Below are positions 10,074 through 20,416 of a stretch of 64,000 nucleotides of DNA, one piece after another. The translations under genes and the position numbers were made by a program. The first letter of the stretch is position 1; each line of letters begins with the position of its first letter. Location of the stretch: NCBI GenBank assembly GCA_963840855.1, contig CAWJBB010000030.1:96001-160000 (forward strand), written 5' to 3'. Below the pieces are notes generated by a model. That model ran no database searches. It was not told where the DNA came from and saw nothing but the letters and a program-made list of their open reading frames with translations. This DNA comes from an uncultured delta proteobacterium (GTDB lineage: Bacteria > Desulfobacterota > Binatia > UBA9968).

Positions 10074-11228
10074 ATGGTGCGTGCCATGCTGCCCTTTTTC
10101 GACAAAGATCATTCCTCCCTGCGTTCCCGGGCGCGCGCCTGGGTGGATGCACATCTATTGACAGCCGGAGTATCGGGCGACGTTGAAGAAATAGCTCGTC
10201 AGTTGGTGCAACAACTCGGCAAAGAAGAGTTCCTACGGTTTACGGTTCCCGGCGAGTTTGGCGGCAAGCATGCGCGTGTCGAGGCGCGCAATCTTTGCAT
10301 TCTGCGGGAAGAATTGGCGCGGGGTTCGGCATTGGCCGACACCATGTTCGCCTTGCAAGCGCTCGGCAGTTATCCCGTCACGTTGGCGGGCAGCGACGAA
10401 CAAAAGCGCCGCTATCTGCCGAGAATAACGACCGGCGAAACCATTGCGGCGTTTGCATTGACCGAACCGGAAGCAGGATCGGACGTAGCCTCGTTACAGA
10501 CCCGAGCCATCAAGCGAGATGGCAACTATTCGCTGAGTGGAACCAAGCGCTTTATCTCCAATGCGGGCATCGCCGATTACTATATCGTGTTCGCGACCAC
10601 CGACCCTGAGAAGAAGGCCAAGGGGATCAGCGCGTTTATCGTCGATGCCGACGTCCAGGGTTTGATCGTGAAAGAAAAAACCGCGGTGATGTCACCTCAT
10701 CCCATTGGCGTGATTGCCTTCGAGAACTGCGTAGTCGCCGCCGATTCGTTGTTGGGCGGGGAGGACGAAGGGCTTAGCATCGCCTATGGCACATTGGATG
10801 TCTTGCGCTGCACGGTGGGGGCAGCGGCGGTGGGAATGGCGCAGCGGGCGCTGGAGGAAGCGGTTCGTTATAGCCGGGAGCGGCGGCAGTTCGGTCGAGC
10901 CATCGGTGAATTTCAGGGCATCCAGTTCAAACTCGCAGACATGGCAACTGAATTAGAAGCCGCGCGGCTGTTGGTGTATCAGGCGGCCTGGTCGCACGAT
11001 TGCGCCAGTCCGGATGCGAAACGTCAGTCATCGATGGCGAAACTCTATGCCACCGAAGCCGCCCAGAGGATCATCGACCAGGCCCTGCAAATTCACGGCG
11101 GCGCGGGAGTAGTGGCCGGCAACATTATGGAACGGCTCTACCGCGATATCCGCGCGCTGCGAATTTACGAAGGCACGTCGGAGATTCAGAAACTGGTGAT
11201 TGCCCGCGAACTACTTAAGAAGGAGTGA
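10074..11228 (+). CDS. Acyl-CoA dehydrogenase
   Basis: FALTEPEAGSD, GTKRFISN, RRQFGRAI, QIHGG, IYEGTSEIQ. Confidence 0.93.
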   Translation: MVRAMLPFFDKDHSSLRSRARAWVDAHLLTAGVSGDVEEIARQLVQQLGKEEFLRFTVPGEFGGKHARVEARNLCILREELARGSALADTMFALQALGSYPVTLAGSDEQKRRYLPRITTGETIAAFALTEPEAGSDVASLQTRAIKRDGNYSLSGTKRFISNAGIADYYIVFATTDPEKKAKGISAFIVDADVQGLIVKEKTAVMSPHPIGVIAFENCVVAADSLLGGEDEGLSIAYGTLDVLRCTVGAAAVGMAQRALEEAVRYSRERRQFGRAIGEFQGIQFKLADMATELEAARLLVYQAAWSHDCASPDAKRQSSMAKLYATEAAQRIIDQALQIHGGAGVVAGNIMERLYRDIRALRIYEGTSEIQKLVIARELLKKE

Positions 11229-11280
11229 GGCGGAAGGCGTGAGTCAGAAATCTTTCTCGCGCCTCATGCCTCTAGCCTCC
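11227..11280. repeat. Hairpin of inverted 7-nt repeats (GAGGCG/GCCTC type)
   Basis: GAGGCGG AAGGCGT GAG ... CTC GCGCCTC ATGCCTC TAGCCTC, starting at the stop codon. Confidence 0.55.
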
Positions 11281-11293
11281 TGATGGAGGAAGG

Positions 11294-12446
11294 ATGGATT
11301 TTGGATTATCAGAAGAGTTAGTTGCGGTGCGCGACTTGGCGCGGGACTTTGCCGAAAAAGAGATCGCGCCGACCGCGGCCAAGGACGACAAGGAAAAAAA
11401 CTTTCGCGGCGACCTCGTCAAAGAGATGGGCCAGTTGGGTTTCTACGGCACTATGATTCCGGAAACTTATGGCGGCAATGATCTCGGGTTTCTCGCCATG
11501 GTGCTGATTACCGAAGAAATTGCCCGGGCGCACAGCGCCATGCGCGTGGCGATCAATATGCAGATCGGTCCCGCGATTACTCTCCTTCAATTCGGCACAG
11601 AGGAACAGAAGAAGAAGTTCATTCCAGGGCTGGTGTCGGGCGACACCATCGGGTGCTTCGCGATCACCGAACCCGATGCCGGGTCGGATGTCGCGGCGCT
11701 GCGCACAACCGCGACGAAAGACGGCGACGACTATTTGCTTAACGGTAGCAAGACTCTGGATCTCCAACGGGCCGGTGACGACCGGCGGACTGGTCTATGC
11801 GTATACAGACCGGTCCCAGAAACATCGCGGTATGTCGGCATTTTACGCCGAGTTGAAGCAACCGGGATTGAGCCGCAAGACTCTGGAAACCATGGGCGCC
11901 CGCTGCTCGCCGATCGGCGAATTGACCTTCGAGAACTTTCGCATCCCCGCGGCGAACCGGCTCGGCAACGAGGGCGACGGTTTTAAAATCTGTATGTGGC
12001 AACTCAATCAAACGCGGCTCAACTGCGCTGCTGGCGCTCTCGGCGTGGCCCGAGCCGCCAAAGAAGCGGCGGTAAGCTATTGCAATCAGCGGGTGCAATT
12101 CGGCCAGAAGATCGGCGAGTTTCAGATGAACCAGGATCTGATCGCGCAGATGATCGCCCACGAAGAAGCGGCGCGGCTGCTGGTTTACCGGGCCGCGTGG
12201 CTAGCGGATCAGAAGAAGCCAAACAATTTGGAGACGTCTATCGGTAAATACAGCGCGGCGGAAGCCGCCAACTTCGCCGCGGACGCCGCGATGAAAATCC
12301 TCGGCGCTTACGGTTATTCCACCGAGTTTCCGGTGGAGCGCTACTACCGCGACGCCAAGTCGTACCAGATCGTCGAAGGCTCGACGAACGTGCAAAAGAT
12401 GATCATCGCCCAGGACGCGCTGGGGTATCGGAAGGCGAATCGTTAG
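11294..12446 (+). CDS. Glutaryl-CoA dehydrogenase-like acyl-CoA dehydrogenase (non-decarboxylating type), one frameshift at about 11755
   Basis: SAMRVAINM, ITEPDAGSD, FQMNQD, LGAYGYSTE, IVEGS and the C-terminus LGYRKANR match the Desulfococcus Acd sequence as I recall it. NGSKT/WISN is broken by one extra base. Confidence 0.8.
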
Positions 12447-12494
12447 TTCATTCTGTGTAAACCCCGCCCGCGAAGTGGATTCGTCTATCTAGCT

Positions 12495-13278
12495 TTACCA
12501 AGACGGGCTAATGAATACTTGCGGTTTTTCGCCGGAAGGGTCTAGTTCAACTCGAACCCGGATGTCGTAAACTTCCTCGATTGTTTTCTCGGTCAGGACT
12601 TCGCGGGGCGATCCGTCGCGATAGATTTTTCCGTCCCGAAGCATCGCCAGCCGAGGAAAAAAGAGCGCCGCAAGATTGACGTCATGCAGCGCGGCGACGA
12701 TGGTCAGGCCGCGCTCGCGGTTGAGCCGCCGCAGAAGCTCAAAGACCTGGACCTGATGTTTGAGGTCGAGAAAGGCCGACGGCTCGTCCAGCAAAAGAAT
12801 TTCCGGTTCCTGCGCCAGGGCGCGGGCGATCATCACGCGTTGTTTCTCTCCGCCGCTCAACTCATGGAGATAGCGGTGCGAGAGCGATAGGGAATCGGTC
12901 AACTCCATGCTCGCGCGGGCGACTTCGAGGTCTTTTTTCCCCTCGAGGGCGAAGGGACTATGATAGCTGGCTCTTCCCATCATGACGATTTCCGCTACGG
13001 TGTAATGGAAAACTGACGCGGCTTTCTTGCGGCACCACGGCAAAAAGCCTGCTCAGCTCCCGTCTGCCGTAGGTTTCAATGGGTCGACCGTTTAGTTTGA
13101 CTTCGCCTTGCCCGTTCAGGACCGCCGAGAGAATTCTGATGAGAGTCGTTTTCCCCGAGCCGTTGGGTCCGAGAATACCGACCATTTCGCCGCGTTCAAT
13201 GGAAAGCAGGACGCCGCGGAGCACCGCGCGGTCTTTGTATGCGAAGTACAGTTCGCAGGTCTCGATGGCTGGATTCAC
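12495..13278 (-). CDS. btuD: Cobalamin ABC transporter ATP-binding subunit (frameshift at about 13030)
   Basis: GPNGSGKTT in ORF 12958-13278; LSGGEKQR, LLLDEP and ALHD in ORF 12495-13043. Confidence 0.85.
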
Positions 13279-14312
13279 ATAGCCAACTTTCTCGTGCCCT
13301 CGCGGTAGAGAAGAAAGAGGAAAAAGGGGCCGCCAAAGAAAGCGGTGACGATACCCACGGGCAGCTCAGCGGGCGCCAGTAAGATGCGCGCAAGCGTGTC
13401 CGCCCAAGCCAAGAAAATCCCGCCGGCCAGAAAAGATGCCGGCAGCAAGAGCCGGTGATCGCTGCCGACGATGAGGCGCATCACATGCGGGACCATCAGC
13501 CCAACGAACCCGATCATGCCGCTCACTGAAACCATGGCGCCGATCATCAACGACGAAGCGATGAAAATCTGGCGCTGGAGCGCGCCGGTTTCGACGCCCA
13601 ATTGCATTGCCGCTTCCTCGCCCAAGGTGATCAAATTCAGTGAAAGACCCTTCGCCCACAGCCAGAGAAAGCCGAAAATGATGTAGGCCCAGATAAAAGC
13701 GACGGTGAGATAAGCGCGGGTCGAAAGGCTGCCCATGAGCCAGAAAAGCAGTCCCTGGGCCTGATAGAAATCTACGATAGAATTCAAAAACATGATCACG
13801 GCGGCGATGAATGAATTGAAAATGACGCCGGACAGCAGCAGGTGATAAGGGTGAAGGCGCCCGTGGAATAATGAGAAGCGGTAAACCAGCATCATGCTTA
13901 ATAGCGCACCGAGAAACGCTGCCAACGGCACCCAGGAGATTTCCCCGAGCAGTCCCCCTCCCATCGGCAGGAGCCAGTGGGGGAAAAAGACAAGCCCCAG
14001 GACTCCGCCCAAGGAGGCGCCTCCGGATACGCCAAGCATCTGCGGACAGGCAAGCGGGTTACCGAGTAAGGCCTGGAGCACAACGCCGCAGGCCGCCATG
14101 CCGCCGCCGATGGCGACTCCCAGTAGGACACGCGGCAGACGCGCGCGATAAAGAATTTCCGCGTCCGGATTCGCGGCAAAGATATTTTGCAAAGCCTGCG
14201 AGAAATCGAGACGCACCGGCCCGAGCAAAGCGCAACCGATGACGGAGATAACCAATAGCGCCAGCAGGATGCCGTTGACCCAAAGCATCTTACTACGGTC
14301 GAGAACTTTCAC
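13275..14312 (-). CDS. btuC: FecCD/BtuC-type ABC permease
   Basis: RLPR, NPLA.P..LGVS.GA, GEEAA..LG, GMIGFVGL.VPH, ELPVGI. GTG at 14312 follows AAGGA. Confidence 0.9.
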   Translation of the reverse strand: MKVLDRSKMLWVNGILLALLVISVIGCALLGPVRLDFSQALQNIFAANPDAEILYRARLPRVLLGVAIGGGMAACGVVLQALLGNPLACPQMLGVSGGASLGGVLGLVFFPHWLLPMGGGLLGEISWVPLAAFLGALLSMMLVYRFSLFHGRLHPYHLLLSGVIFNSFIAAVIMFLNSIVDFYQAQGLLFWLMGSLSTRAYLTVAFIWAYIIFGFLWLWAKGLSLNLITLGEEAAMQLGVETGALQRQIFIASSLMIGAMVSVSGMIGFVGLMVPHVMRLIVGSDHRLLLPASFLAGGIFLAWADTLARILLAPAELPVGIVTAFFGGPFFLFLLYREGTRKLAM

Positions 14313-15210
14313 AGCCAATTCCTTCACTAGGTCCGCGTTTTGATTCCGCGAAGCACTCCGGATGAACGAGGCGGGCGATTTCTTCCAGCCCTTCGCCGAT
14401 GCGCGGCCCAGGGCGCAGGATTTTGTCTGACTGGTAGGCATAAACCCGCCGCTCCTTCACTGCGGGAATGGACGCGAGATCCGACCAGTTTTTGCCCGAT
14501 GGTCCGCGCTCCGATCCCATTCCGGCCTCGATGATGACCTGCGGTGCTTTGGCGACAACGTACTCATCAGGCAGATTGAGCCAGGGTTGAGCGGCGTTGC
14601 CGGCAATGTTTTTACCGCCGGCCAAAGTAATGAGCTCGTCGATAAAATTTTTTCCTCCGACTGCCACCAGGGGCCGAAGTCCTACCGCCAATAGAACGGA
14701 GCGGCGCGGCGCGGGCGCCACGCGTTTCTTTACTTCGTCGAATTGCAGGGTAATTTTGCGAACGAGTTTTTCCCCTGCTTGCGGACTTCCCAACAAACGG
14801 GCGATGCTCTTAATGGAATTCAAAATGTCGCTCACACTCGCGAGTGAAATCAAAGTCACTTTAAGACCGAGGCGTTCCATCTCTCTCGCCTTCACCGGGT
14901 CGGTGGCGCTGCTGACGCCGATCACGAAGTCCGGCTGTTTTGCGACGATCGCTTCAAGACTGGGACTCATAAAGCCGCCGATCTTGGGAACCTTCTGCGC
15001 TTCAGCAGGATAGTCGCAATAGGTCGTTACGCCGACCAGGCGATCGCCAAAGCCGAGCGCATATAGCGTTTCGGTCACACTGGGGGCCAGGGAAACGATT
15101 CTTGTAGGGCGAGGCGCGGCGGCTGGCTGGGCCAGTACGTCAAGCGCGCACGCAACGATCAGGCTCGCAACCGACAAACAAACCGTGATGATTCGCTGCG
15201 AAGGATTCAT
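14293..15210 (-). CDS. btuF: Cobalamin-binding periplasmic protein
   Basis: Signal peptide, RIVSLAPSVTE, GVTTYCDYP, RPGPRI; lies in a B12 operon. Confidence 0.88.
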   Translation of the reverse strand: MNPSQRIITVCLSVASLIVACALDVLAQPAAAPRPTRIVSLAPSVTETLYALGFGDRLVGVTTYCDYPAEAQKVPKIGGFMSPSLEAIVAKQPDFVIGVSSATDPVKAREMERLGLKVTLISLASVSDILNSIKSIARLLGSPQAGEKLVRKITLQFDEVKKRVAPAPRRSVLLAVGLRPLVAVGGKNFIDELITLAGGKNIAGNAAQPWLNLPDEYVVAKAPQVIIEAGMGSERGPSGKNWSDLASIPAVKERRVYAYQSDKILRPGPRIGEGLEEIARLVHPECFAESKRGPSEGIGCESSRP

Positions 15211-15940
15211 CGCGATCCCAGCGCCAACATGACAAATACTGAGGTTTCGCTCAATTCTCCGACGGCGCCGAAAATATCGCCGGTCACGCCCCCTAAACGG
15301 CGGTGAAAAAAGTTCTTGCTCACGATAGTGAAGACGGCGACCCAGACCATCATGGCGATGCCGACGCCATGCAAGACCGCCGCGACCAAAAGGAGGGCGA
15401 TCAAGGTTGCGAAGAGAAAATGTTTGGTGTCCAGGTGATCGATTAAGGTCGAACCCAGTCCCGGTTTTGCGGCGAGTGAGCGGTAACCCAACAGCACCAT
15501 CGCCCAACGGCCCAAAACCGGCGCTGCCAGGAGTCCACGCCAGCGATCGCCGCCGATGCTCTCGATGGCGTGGATTTTAAAAAACAGCAAAAGGACAATC
15601 GCGATCAGACCAAAGGTACCGATGTGACTGTCATCCATGACGCGGAGAATGCGTTCCCGGTCGCCGCCGGCGCCCAGGCCGTCAAAAGTATCGCCGAGGC
15701 CGTCCAGGTGAAGGCCGCGTGTCAGCAGGGCTAGCAAAGTTACCAGCGCCACGCTCGACAGCACTGGGCTTGCAAACGGCTCCAGCAAGACATTCACCAG
15801 CACTAGGATCAAGCCCAATAAGAAGCCAATGACGGGAAAGAAAATTACCGAGCGGTCCCACTTCGTCGAGCCGAGCGCTCCATGCGCTTCGGCCAGGGAA
15901 AGATGGTCAAAAACTGAAGCGCCGCGAAAAAGGAATTCAC
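15207..15940 (-). CDS. cobS: Adenosylcobinamide-GDP ribazoletransferase (frameshift at about 15860)
   Basis: ALQFLTIFP N-terminus, HLDGLGDTFDG, MDDSHIGTFG, GGVTGDIFGA. Confidence 0.9.
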
Positions 15941-16992
15941 GTAGTCTTTTCCTTCACGCCAGCGGATGCGAAGGTGGCCATTTCGCCCATGATCTTCACC
16001 GCTGTTTCGATCAAGCCCATGAGCAAACAAGCGCCGGTTCCCTCGCCGAGGCGCATCGCCAAATCCAAGAGAGGCGCGAGCTTGAGATCGTCCAGTATTA
16101 AGCCGTGACCGCTTTCCGCTGAAAGGTGGGAGGCGAAGAGGACGTCCCGAACGTAGGGACAAAATCGTTGCGCGAGAAGCGCCGCGGCGCCGGAGATAAA
16201 ACCATCCAGCACCATCGGCATGCGAAACGCGGCCGCGCCTAAAATCACTCCGGTGATGGCGCCGATTTCCAAGCCGCCGACTTTGGCGAGAACGTCCAGG
16301 GGATCATTGGCGTCGGGCCGGTTTAGATCGAGCCCTTTTTCGACGGCGGCGATCTTTCTATCCAGAGTCGCGTCGTCGATGCCCGTGCCCCGGCCGACAG
16401 CGGCGGCGGGCGCGGCGCCTGTCAAAGCGCAAAGTATGGCCGCCGCGCTGCTGGTATTACCGATGCCCATGTCACCGGCGCCGAGCAGAAAGATATTTCC
16501 GGGGGCCGCTTCTCGGGCGAGTTGAATACCCAACTCTACCGAGCGTTCGGCCTCATGGCGCGTCATCGCCGGTCCACGGGCGAAGTTTGCCGTGCCGCGA
16601 CGCACCTTGCAGTTGCGCAAACCGCGCAGTTCGCCGAATTCGTAGTCCACGCCGACATCCACGACTTCCGTGTCGACACCGTAGTGGCGCGCCATAACGT
16701 TGATCGCAGCTCCTCCGTTAATAAGATTGTGGGTCATCTGGGCTGTGACCTCTTTAGGGTATGCGCTGACGCCTTCCTGCGCGATGCCGTGGTCCGCCGC
16801 AAAGACGAACAAAAGTTTCCGCCCAAGCCGCGGCGGAACTTTTCCCTGAATGACGGCAACGCGGCGCGCCAGCTCTTCCAATTTTCCCAGGCTTCCATGC
16901 GGCTTGGTCAGGGAGTCCAAGCGCTCTTGCGCGGCGGACTCGCTGGAGCGATCCAACGGCTTAATATGCTTCAAGGTCTCGCTCAGGGTCAT
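15937..16992 (-). CDS. cobT: Nicotinate-nucleotide:dimethylbenzimidazole phosphoribosyltransferase
   Basis: LTKPHGSLGKLE, FAADHG, MGIGNT, GRGTG, MRLGEGTGA, MATF. Confidence 0.95.
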   Translation of the reverse strand: MTLSETLKHIKPLDRSSESAAQERLDSLTKPHGSLGKLEELARRVAVIQGKVPPRLGRKLLFVFAADHGIAQEGVSAYPKEVTAQMTHNLINGGAAINVMARHYGVDTEVVDVGVDYEFGELRGLRNCKVRRGTANFARGPAMTRHEAERSVELGIQLAREAAPGNIFLLGAGDMGIGNTSSAAAILCALTGAAPAAAVGRGTGIDDATLDRKIAAVEKGLDLNRPDANDPLDVLAKVGGLEIGAITGVILGAAAFRMPMVLDGFISGAAALLAQRFCPYVRDVLFASHLSAESGHGLILDDLKLAPLLDLAMRLGEGTGACLLMGLIETAVKIMGEMATFASAGVKEKTT

Positions 16993-17519
16993 CCAATTTC
17001 CTTCTTGACGATCATCGGAACGCCGGCAACCGTGAGGACGACTTCATTCGCCGCTGCGGCGAACTGCTGATTGGCCCAACCCGTCAGGTCGCGAAACTGA
17101 CGCGCCAGCATATTATCCGGCACGATGCCCCAGCCGACCTCGTTGGTGACCAAAACGAGGTGAAAATCCAACTGCGGCAATGTTTCAATCAGCTCTTCAA
17201 CTTTCCGGACGGCATATTTCCCGTCTCGCCGCAGCAGGAGGTTGCTAAGCCAAAGGGTCAGGCAATCTACCAGGGTGCAATCGGTTCGACCGCGCTGCGC
17301 CAGAAGCGCTTCGGCCAATTCAAAAGGTTCTTCAATAGTCGCCCACTCCTTGCCGCGCCTGCTTTTGTGTTCGCTGATACGTCGGGTCATTTCTTCGTCT
17401 TTGGGTTCTGCAGTGGCGACGTAGAGGCGGCGGGAACCTAATGCTGCGGCACGTTGTTCGGCGTAGATACTTTTTCCCGAGCGCGCGCCGCCGGTGATCA
17501 ATATAATCTGCGTGGCCAT
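16989..17519 (-). CDS. cobU: Adenosylcobinamide kinase / guanylyltransferase
   Basis: GGARSGKS, YVATA, VDCLTLW, TNEVG.G.VP, FRD..G. Confidence 0.95.
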   Translation of the reverse strand: MATQIILITGGARSGKSIYAEQRAAALGSRRLYVATAEPKDEEMTRRISEHKSRRGKEWATIEEPFELAEALLAQRGRTDCTLVDCLTLWLSNLLLRRDGKYAVRKVEELIETLPQLDFHLVLVTNEVGWGIVPDNMLARQFRDLTGWANQQFAAAANEVVLTVAGVPMIVKKEIG

Positions 17520-17523
17520 CACA

Positions 17524-18681
17524 CTATCCGCCGCATGACGCCCGCCATTCCTTAAGTGCCGTGAGCAGCCGGCGGTTGTCTCTTCGCCGTCGCACCGCGA
17601 CGCGAAAATACGCGCGGCCGAGACCGGCAAAGGAATCGCAGGCGCGGATGAGTATCTTCTTGCCCAGGAGAAAAGAGCGGAGCTGCAACGCGTCACCACT
17701 GGACTTGCCGATTTTGACGAGCAAAAAATTGGTTTGCGACGGCATGGGATGAAATCCGTCGAGCGCCGCCAGGTGTTTCGATATAAACGCCCGCTCCTTT
17801 GCTAGCCAGTGGTCTGTCTGGGTCGTGAACCGCGCGTCCTTGAGGCACGCTACTGCCACGTTCAGAGCCGGGGCGTTGACGGACCAGGGCTCCTGATAGG
17901 CGGCAAGCTGCGCGATTCGGCGCGTTTCGCCGAGAAGATAGCCGAGACGAAGACCCGGCAAGGCGTAGTACTTGGTAAGGGAACGCAATACGAGCAGATA
18001 GGGATTTTGTCGAACCAACGCTTTGATGGATTCATTCTCGACAAAGTCGATGAACGCCTCGTCGACGACAATCAAACTCTTTTTAGCAAAGGCGGCATGA
18101 GCGATTTTTTCCATTGCCGTTTTCGGAACCAACTGGCCGGTCACGCTGTTGGGCGTGGCGAGAAAGACGATGTTGCAATCTTTTTCCCATGCCGCCATGA
18201 ACCGATCCATCGAAAACAGAAAGCCTTCGTCGGCTGTGAGAGAAAGATCGCGGATGCTCGCGCCGGCAAGCGCCAGCGCATTGGCGTATTCGGAAAATGC
18301 CGGACCGACGACTAACGCTTTGCGCGGCCGCAGAGCCGCGCACAACAGATAGATGAGCTGCGTCGAGCCGTTGCCGACCAAGATCTCCGCGGGTTTCATC
18401 TCATGGTGCTTTGCCAAAGCCTCTTTTAGATGCTCTCCGTAAGGATCGGGATAGCGCAGGGCTTCGCCATAGCTCTTAATGAAAACTTTGCGCGCCGCCG
18501 CCGGCGGGCCTAATGGGTTGATGCTGGCGCTGAAATCGATAATTTCGCCGGCTTCGATGCCGGCGCTCCGCGCCCAGCGATCGACATCGCCGCCGTGTTC
18601 TCGATCGAGCCGCGGCGCTAGGCGCGCGCCGCCGACAACAGCGCAAAAGTCACGAGCGAGAGAATCACCGTGACCAGACAT
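17524..18681 (-). CDS. cobD: L-threonine-O-3-phosphate decarboxylase (start uncertain)
   Basis: HGG, DFSASINPLG, GNGS, VDEAFIDF, RSLTKYYALPGLRLGY (PLP lysine). Confidence 0.9.
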   Translation of the reverse strand: MSGHGDSLARDFCAVVGGARLAPRLDREHGGDVDRWARSAGIEAGEIIDFSASINPLGPPAAARKVFIKSYGEALRYPDPYGEHLKEALAKHHEMKPAEILVGNGSTQLIYLLCAALRPRKALVVGPAFSEYANALALAGASIRDLSLTADEGFLFSMDRFMAAWEKDCNIVFLATPNSVTGQLVPKTAMEKIAHAAFAKKSLIVVDEAFIDFVENESIKALVRQNPYLLVLRSLTKYYALPGLRLGYLLGETRRIAQLAAYQEPWSVNAPALNVAVACLKDARFTTQTDHWLAKERAFISKHLAALDGFHPMPSQTNFLLVKIGKSSGDALQLRSFLLGKKILIRACDSFAGLGRAYFRVAVRRRRDNRRLLTALKEWRASCGG

Positions 18682-19586
18682 AACGCGCGTCCCTCCTTCA
18701 ACATCTCGATTCTAACCGGTGTCAAGTCGTCGCCCATATAAGGCTTATTGATCTCGTTGCCGAAGTAAATGCTTGGACCACCGAGCCGGATGCCGAAGGC
18801 GCCGGCCAGCGCCGCCTCGGGATAGCCGGCGTTGGGACTCAAGTGGTTGGCGTGATCACGCCATAGGGTGCGTAAGGCGCGCAATGGATCCAGACGCAGC
18901 GCCAGCGCCGCGCCAACGATGAACAGAGCGGTCAAACGCGCGGGGACGAAATTTAGCACATCGTCCAGGCGCGCGGCAAACTTGCCAAAGTAAAGATACC
19001 GTTCGGTGCGATAGCCAATCATGGAGTCAAGCGTGCTGGCTGCTTTGTAAGCCATCGCCAACGGCACGCCACCGAGGAAAAGATAAAAAAGCGGCGCCAC
19101 GACGCCGTCGCAGGTGCTCTCGGCCAAGGATTCCAAGCCGGCGCGCAGCACTTTGTCTTGATTCAAGCGGGAAGTCTCGCGGCCGACGATATGCGACAAT
19201 TGCCGGCGCGCCTCGGGCAGGTTTGCCGCGCGCAGAGGCGCTTCGATGAGTTTTACGGCGTCGAGCAGTCCGCGTGTTGCCAGAGTTGCAGAAGCCAGCG
19301 CCGCGGTGGCGGTGAATGAAAGCCATGGAGGCAGTGAGTTAAACAGAGCAACTAGCCCCAACGTTACCGCTGCTGATAGCGTAACTAAGAAGAGCGATAG
19401 CGTCATGCCCGCCAGAAAATCGCGGCGGGCGTTGCCGCTTCGCAAAAGCCGTTCGCCATGAGCGATAACTTTGCCCATCAAGACCACGGGATGGGGCAGC
19501 CAGCGCGGATCGCCGACGGCGAGATCCAAAACGAAGGCACCGATCAACAGCGCCGCCGAGGAGTTTAGGAGATATTGCCAGTCCAT
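18618..19586 (-). CDS. cbiB: Adenosylcobinamide-phosphate synthase
   Basis: GDP..LPHPV, IVGRET, ESLAE, LDSMIGY, PARL, SPNAGYPE. Confidence 0.95.
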   Translation of the reverse strand: MDWQYLLNSSAALLIGAFVLDLAVGDPRWLPHPVVLMGKVIAHGERLLRSGNARRDFLAGMTLSLFLVTLSAAVTLGLVALFNSLPPWLSFTATAALASATLATRGLLDAVKLIEAPLRAANLPEARRQLSHIVGRETSRLNQDKVLRAGLESLAESTCDGVVAPLFYLFLGGVPLAMAYKAASTLDSMIGYRTERYLYFGKFAARLDDVLNFVPARLTALFIVGAALALRLDPLRALRTLWRDHANHLSPNAGYPEAALAGAFGIRLGGPSIYFGNEINKPYMGDDLTPVRIEMLKEGRALCLVTVILSLVTFALLSAARA

Positions 19587-19628
19587 GGATAATCTTCAAT
19601 CGGAGGCAACGCCGCTAGTCGTTGTACC

Positions 19629-20297
19629 TTACAGAAGTCCCTTTTTCACGGCGCTGTATGCCGCCATGCCAATCAGCTCGCCCAGCTGAGTGTGCTTACC
19701 GCAATAGCGCACAGGATTGCCGCCGAGCGAAACCACAGCGATACAATCGGTGCCCGTGCCGGTGGCAAGCAGACCGGATCGGCAACTCTTGATGCCTTTC
19801 TCGTAGAGCGCCCGCACGCGTCCCTCCGTGGCGATCTGTACCGCTTCCACCATGGCTTCATCCGCAAGTCCCGGTTGAACCGTCAATATCATATTGATGG
19901 TATGAAGCGCTGGCGCCGGTTCCTCAAGCATCATAGAGGCCGGGTCTCCCACGGAAAGAGCGTTGCCGCAACCCACCGTAGTAAAGCAGTTGACCCGTGC
20001 CGCGCCACCGATCATTGAAACTTGGACCGTATGCCTCATCTCCACGGCGGTGGCCATCGCGACGATTTTTCCTCGAAGTCCTAATTCAGCAGCCGCGCGC
20101 TCGAGCCATGGACCGGGTTGGGCGCAGAACAAGGGATTCTTGCCGTCCACGTGGTGATTGATGACGTGGCGGGCGTGACAGAATCCGCCGTTTAAAACCG
20201 CCCAGCTCAAAGTGCGCACAGGCGAAGCGAAACTCACAATCAGGGATTCCTGCTCCTGGCGAACACTAAACGATGAATTCATAGTCGACGCTTCCAT
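19629..20297 (-). CDS. cbiZ: Adenosylcobinamide amidohydrolase
   Basis: LSWAVLNGG, MATAV, HTIN, ATGTGTDC, YCGKHT.LGE. Confidence 0.88.
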   Translation of the reverse strand: MEASTMNSSFSVRQEQESLIVSFASPVRTLSWAVLNGGFCHARHVINHHVDGKNPLFCAQPGPWLERAAAELGLRGKIVAMATAVEMRHTVQVSMIGGAARVNCFTTVGCGNALSVGDPASMMLEEPAPALHTINMILTVQPGLADEAMVEAVQIATEGRVRALYEKGIKSCRSGLLATGTGTDCIAVVSLGGNPVRYCGKHTQLGELIGMAAYSAVKKGLL

Positions 20298-20416
20298 TGC
20301 CGCGATTATGCAGAACCTCTACACGCGGCGACGAAACCTCGGGCAAACTCGGGGTTCGAGCCGGCAACGACGAATGCGGGCAAAGGTCGCATGGTCCTTG
20401 CTGCTTATGATTCAGT

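Noticed and set aside
11740-11770. Programmed ribosomal frameshifting in the split genes
   Set aside because: There is no consistent slippery sequence or stimulatory structure, and shifts occur across unrelated genes, which fits sequencing indels.
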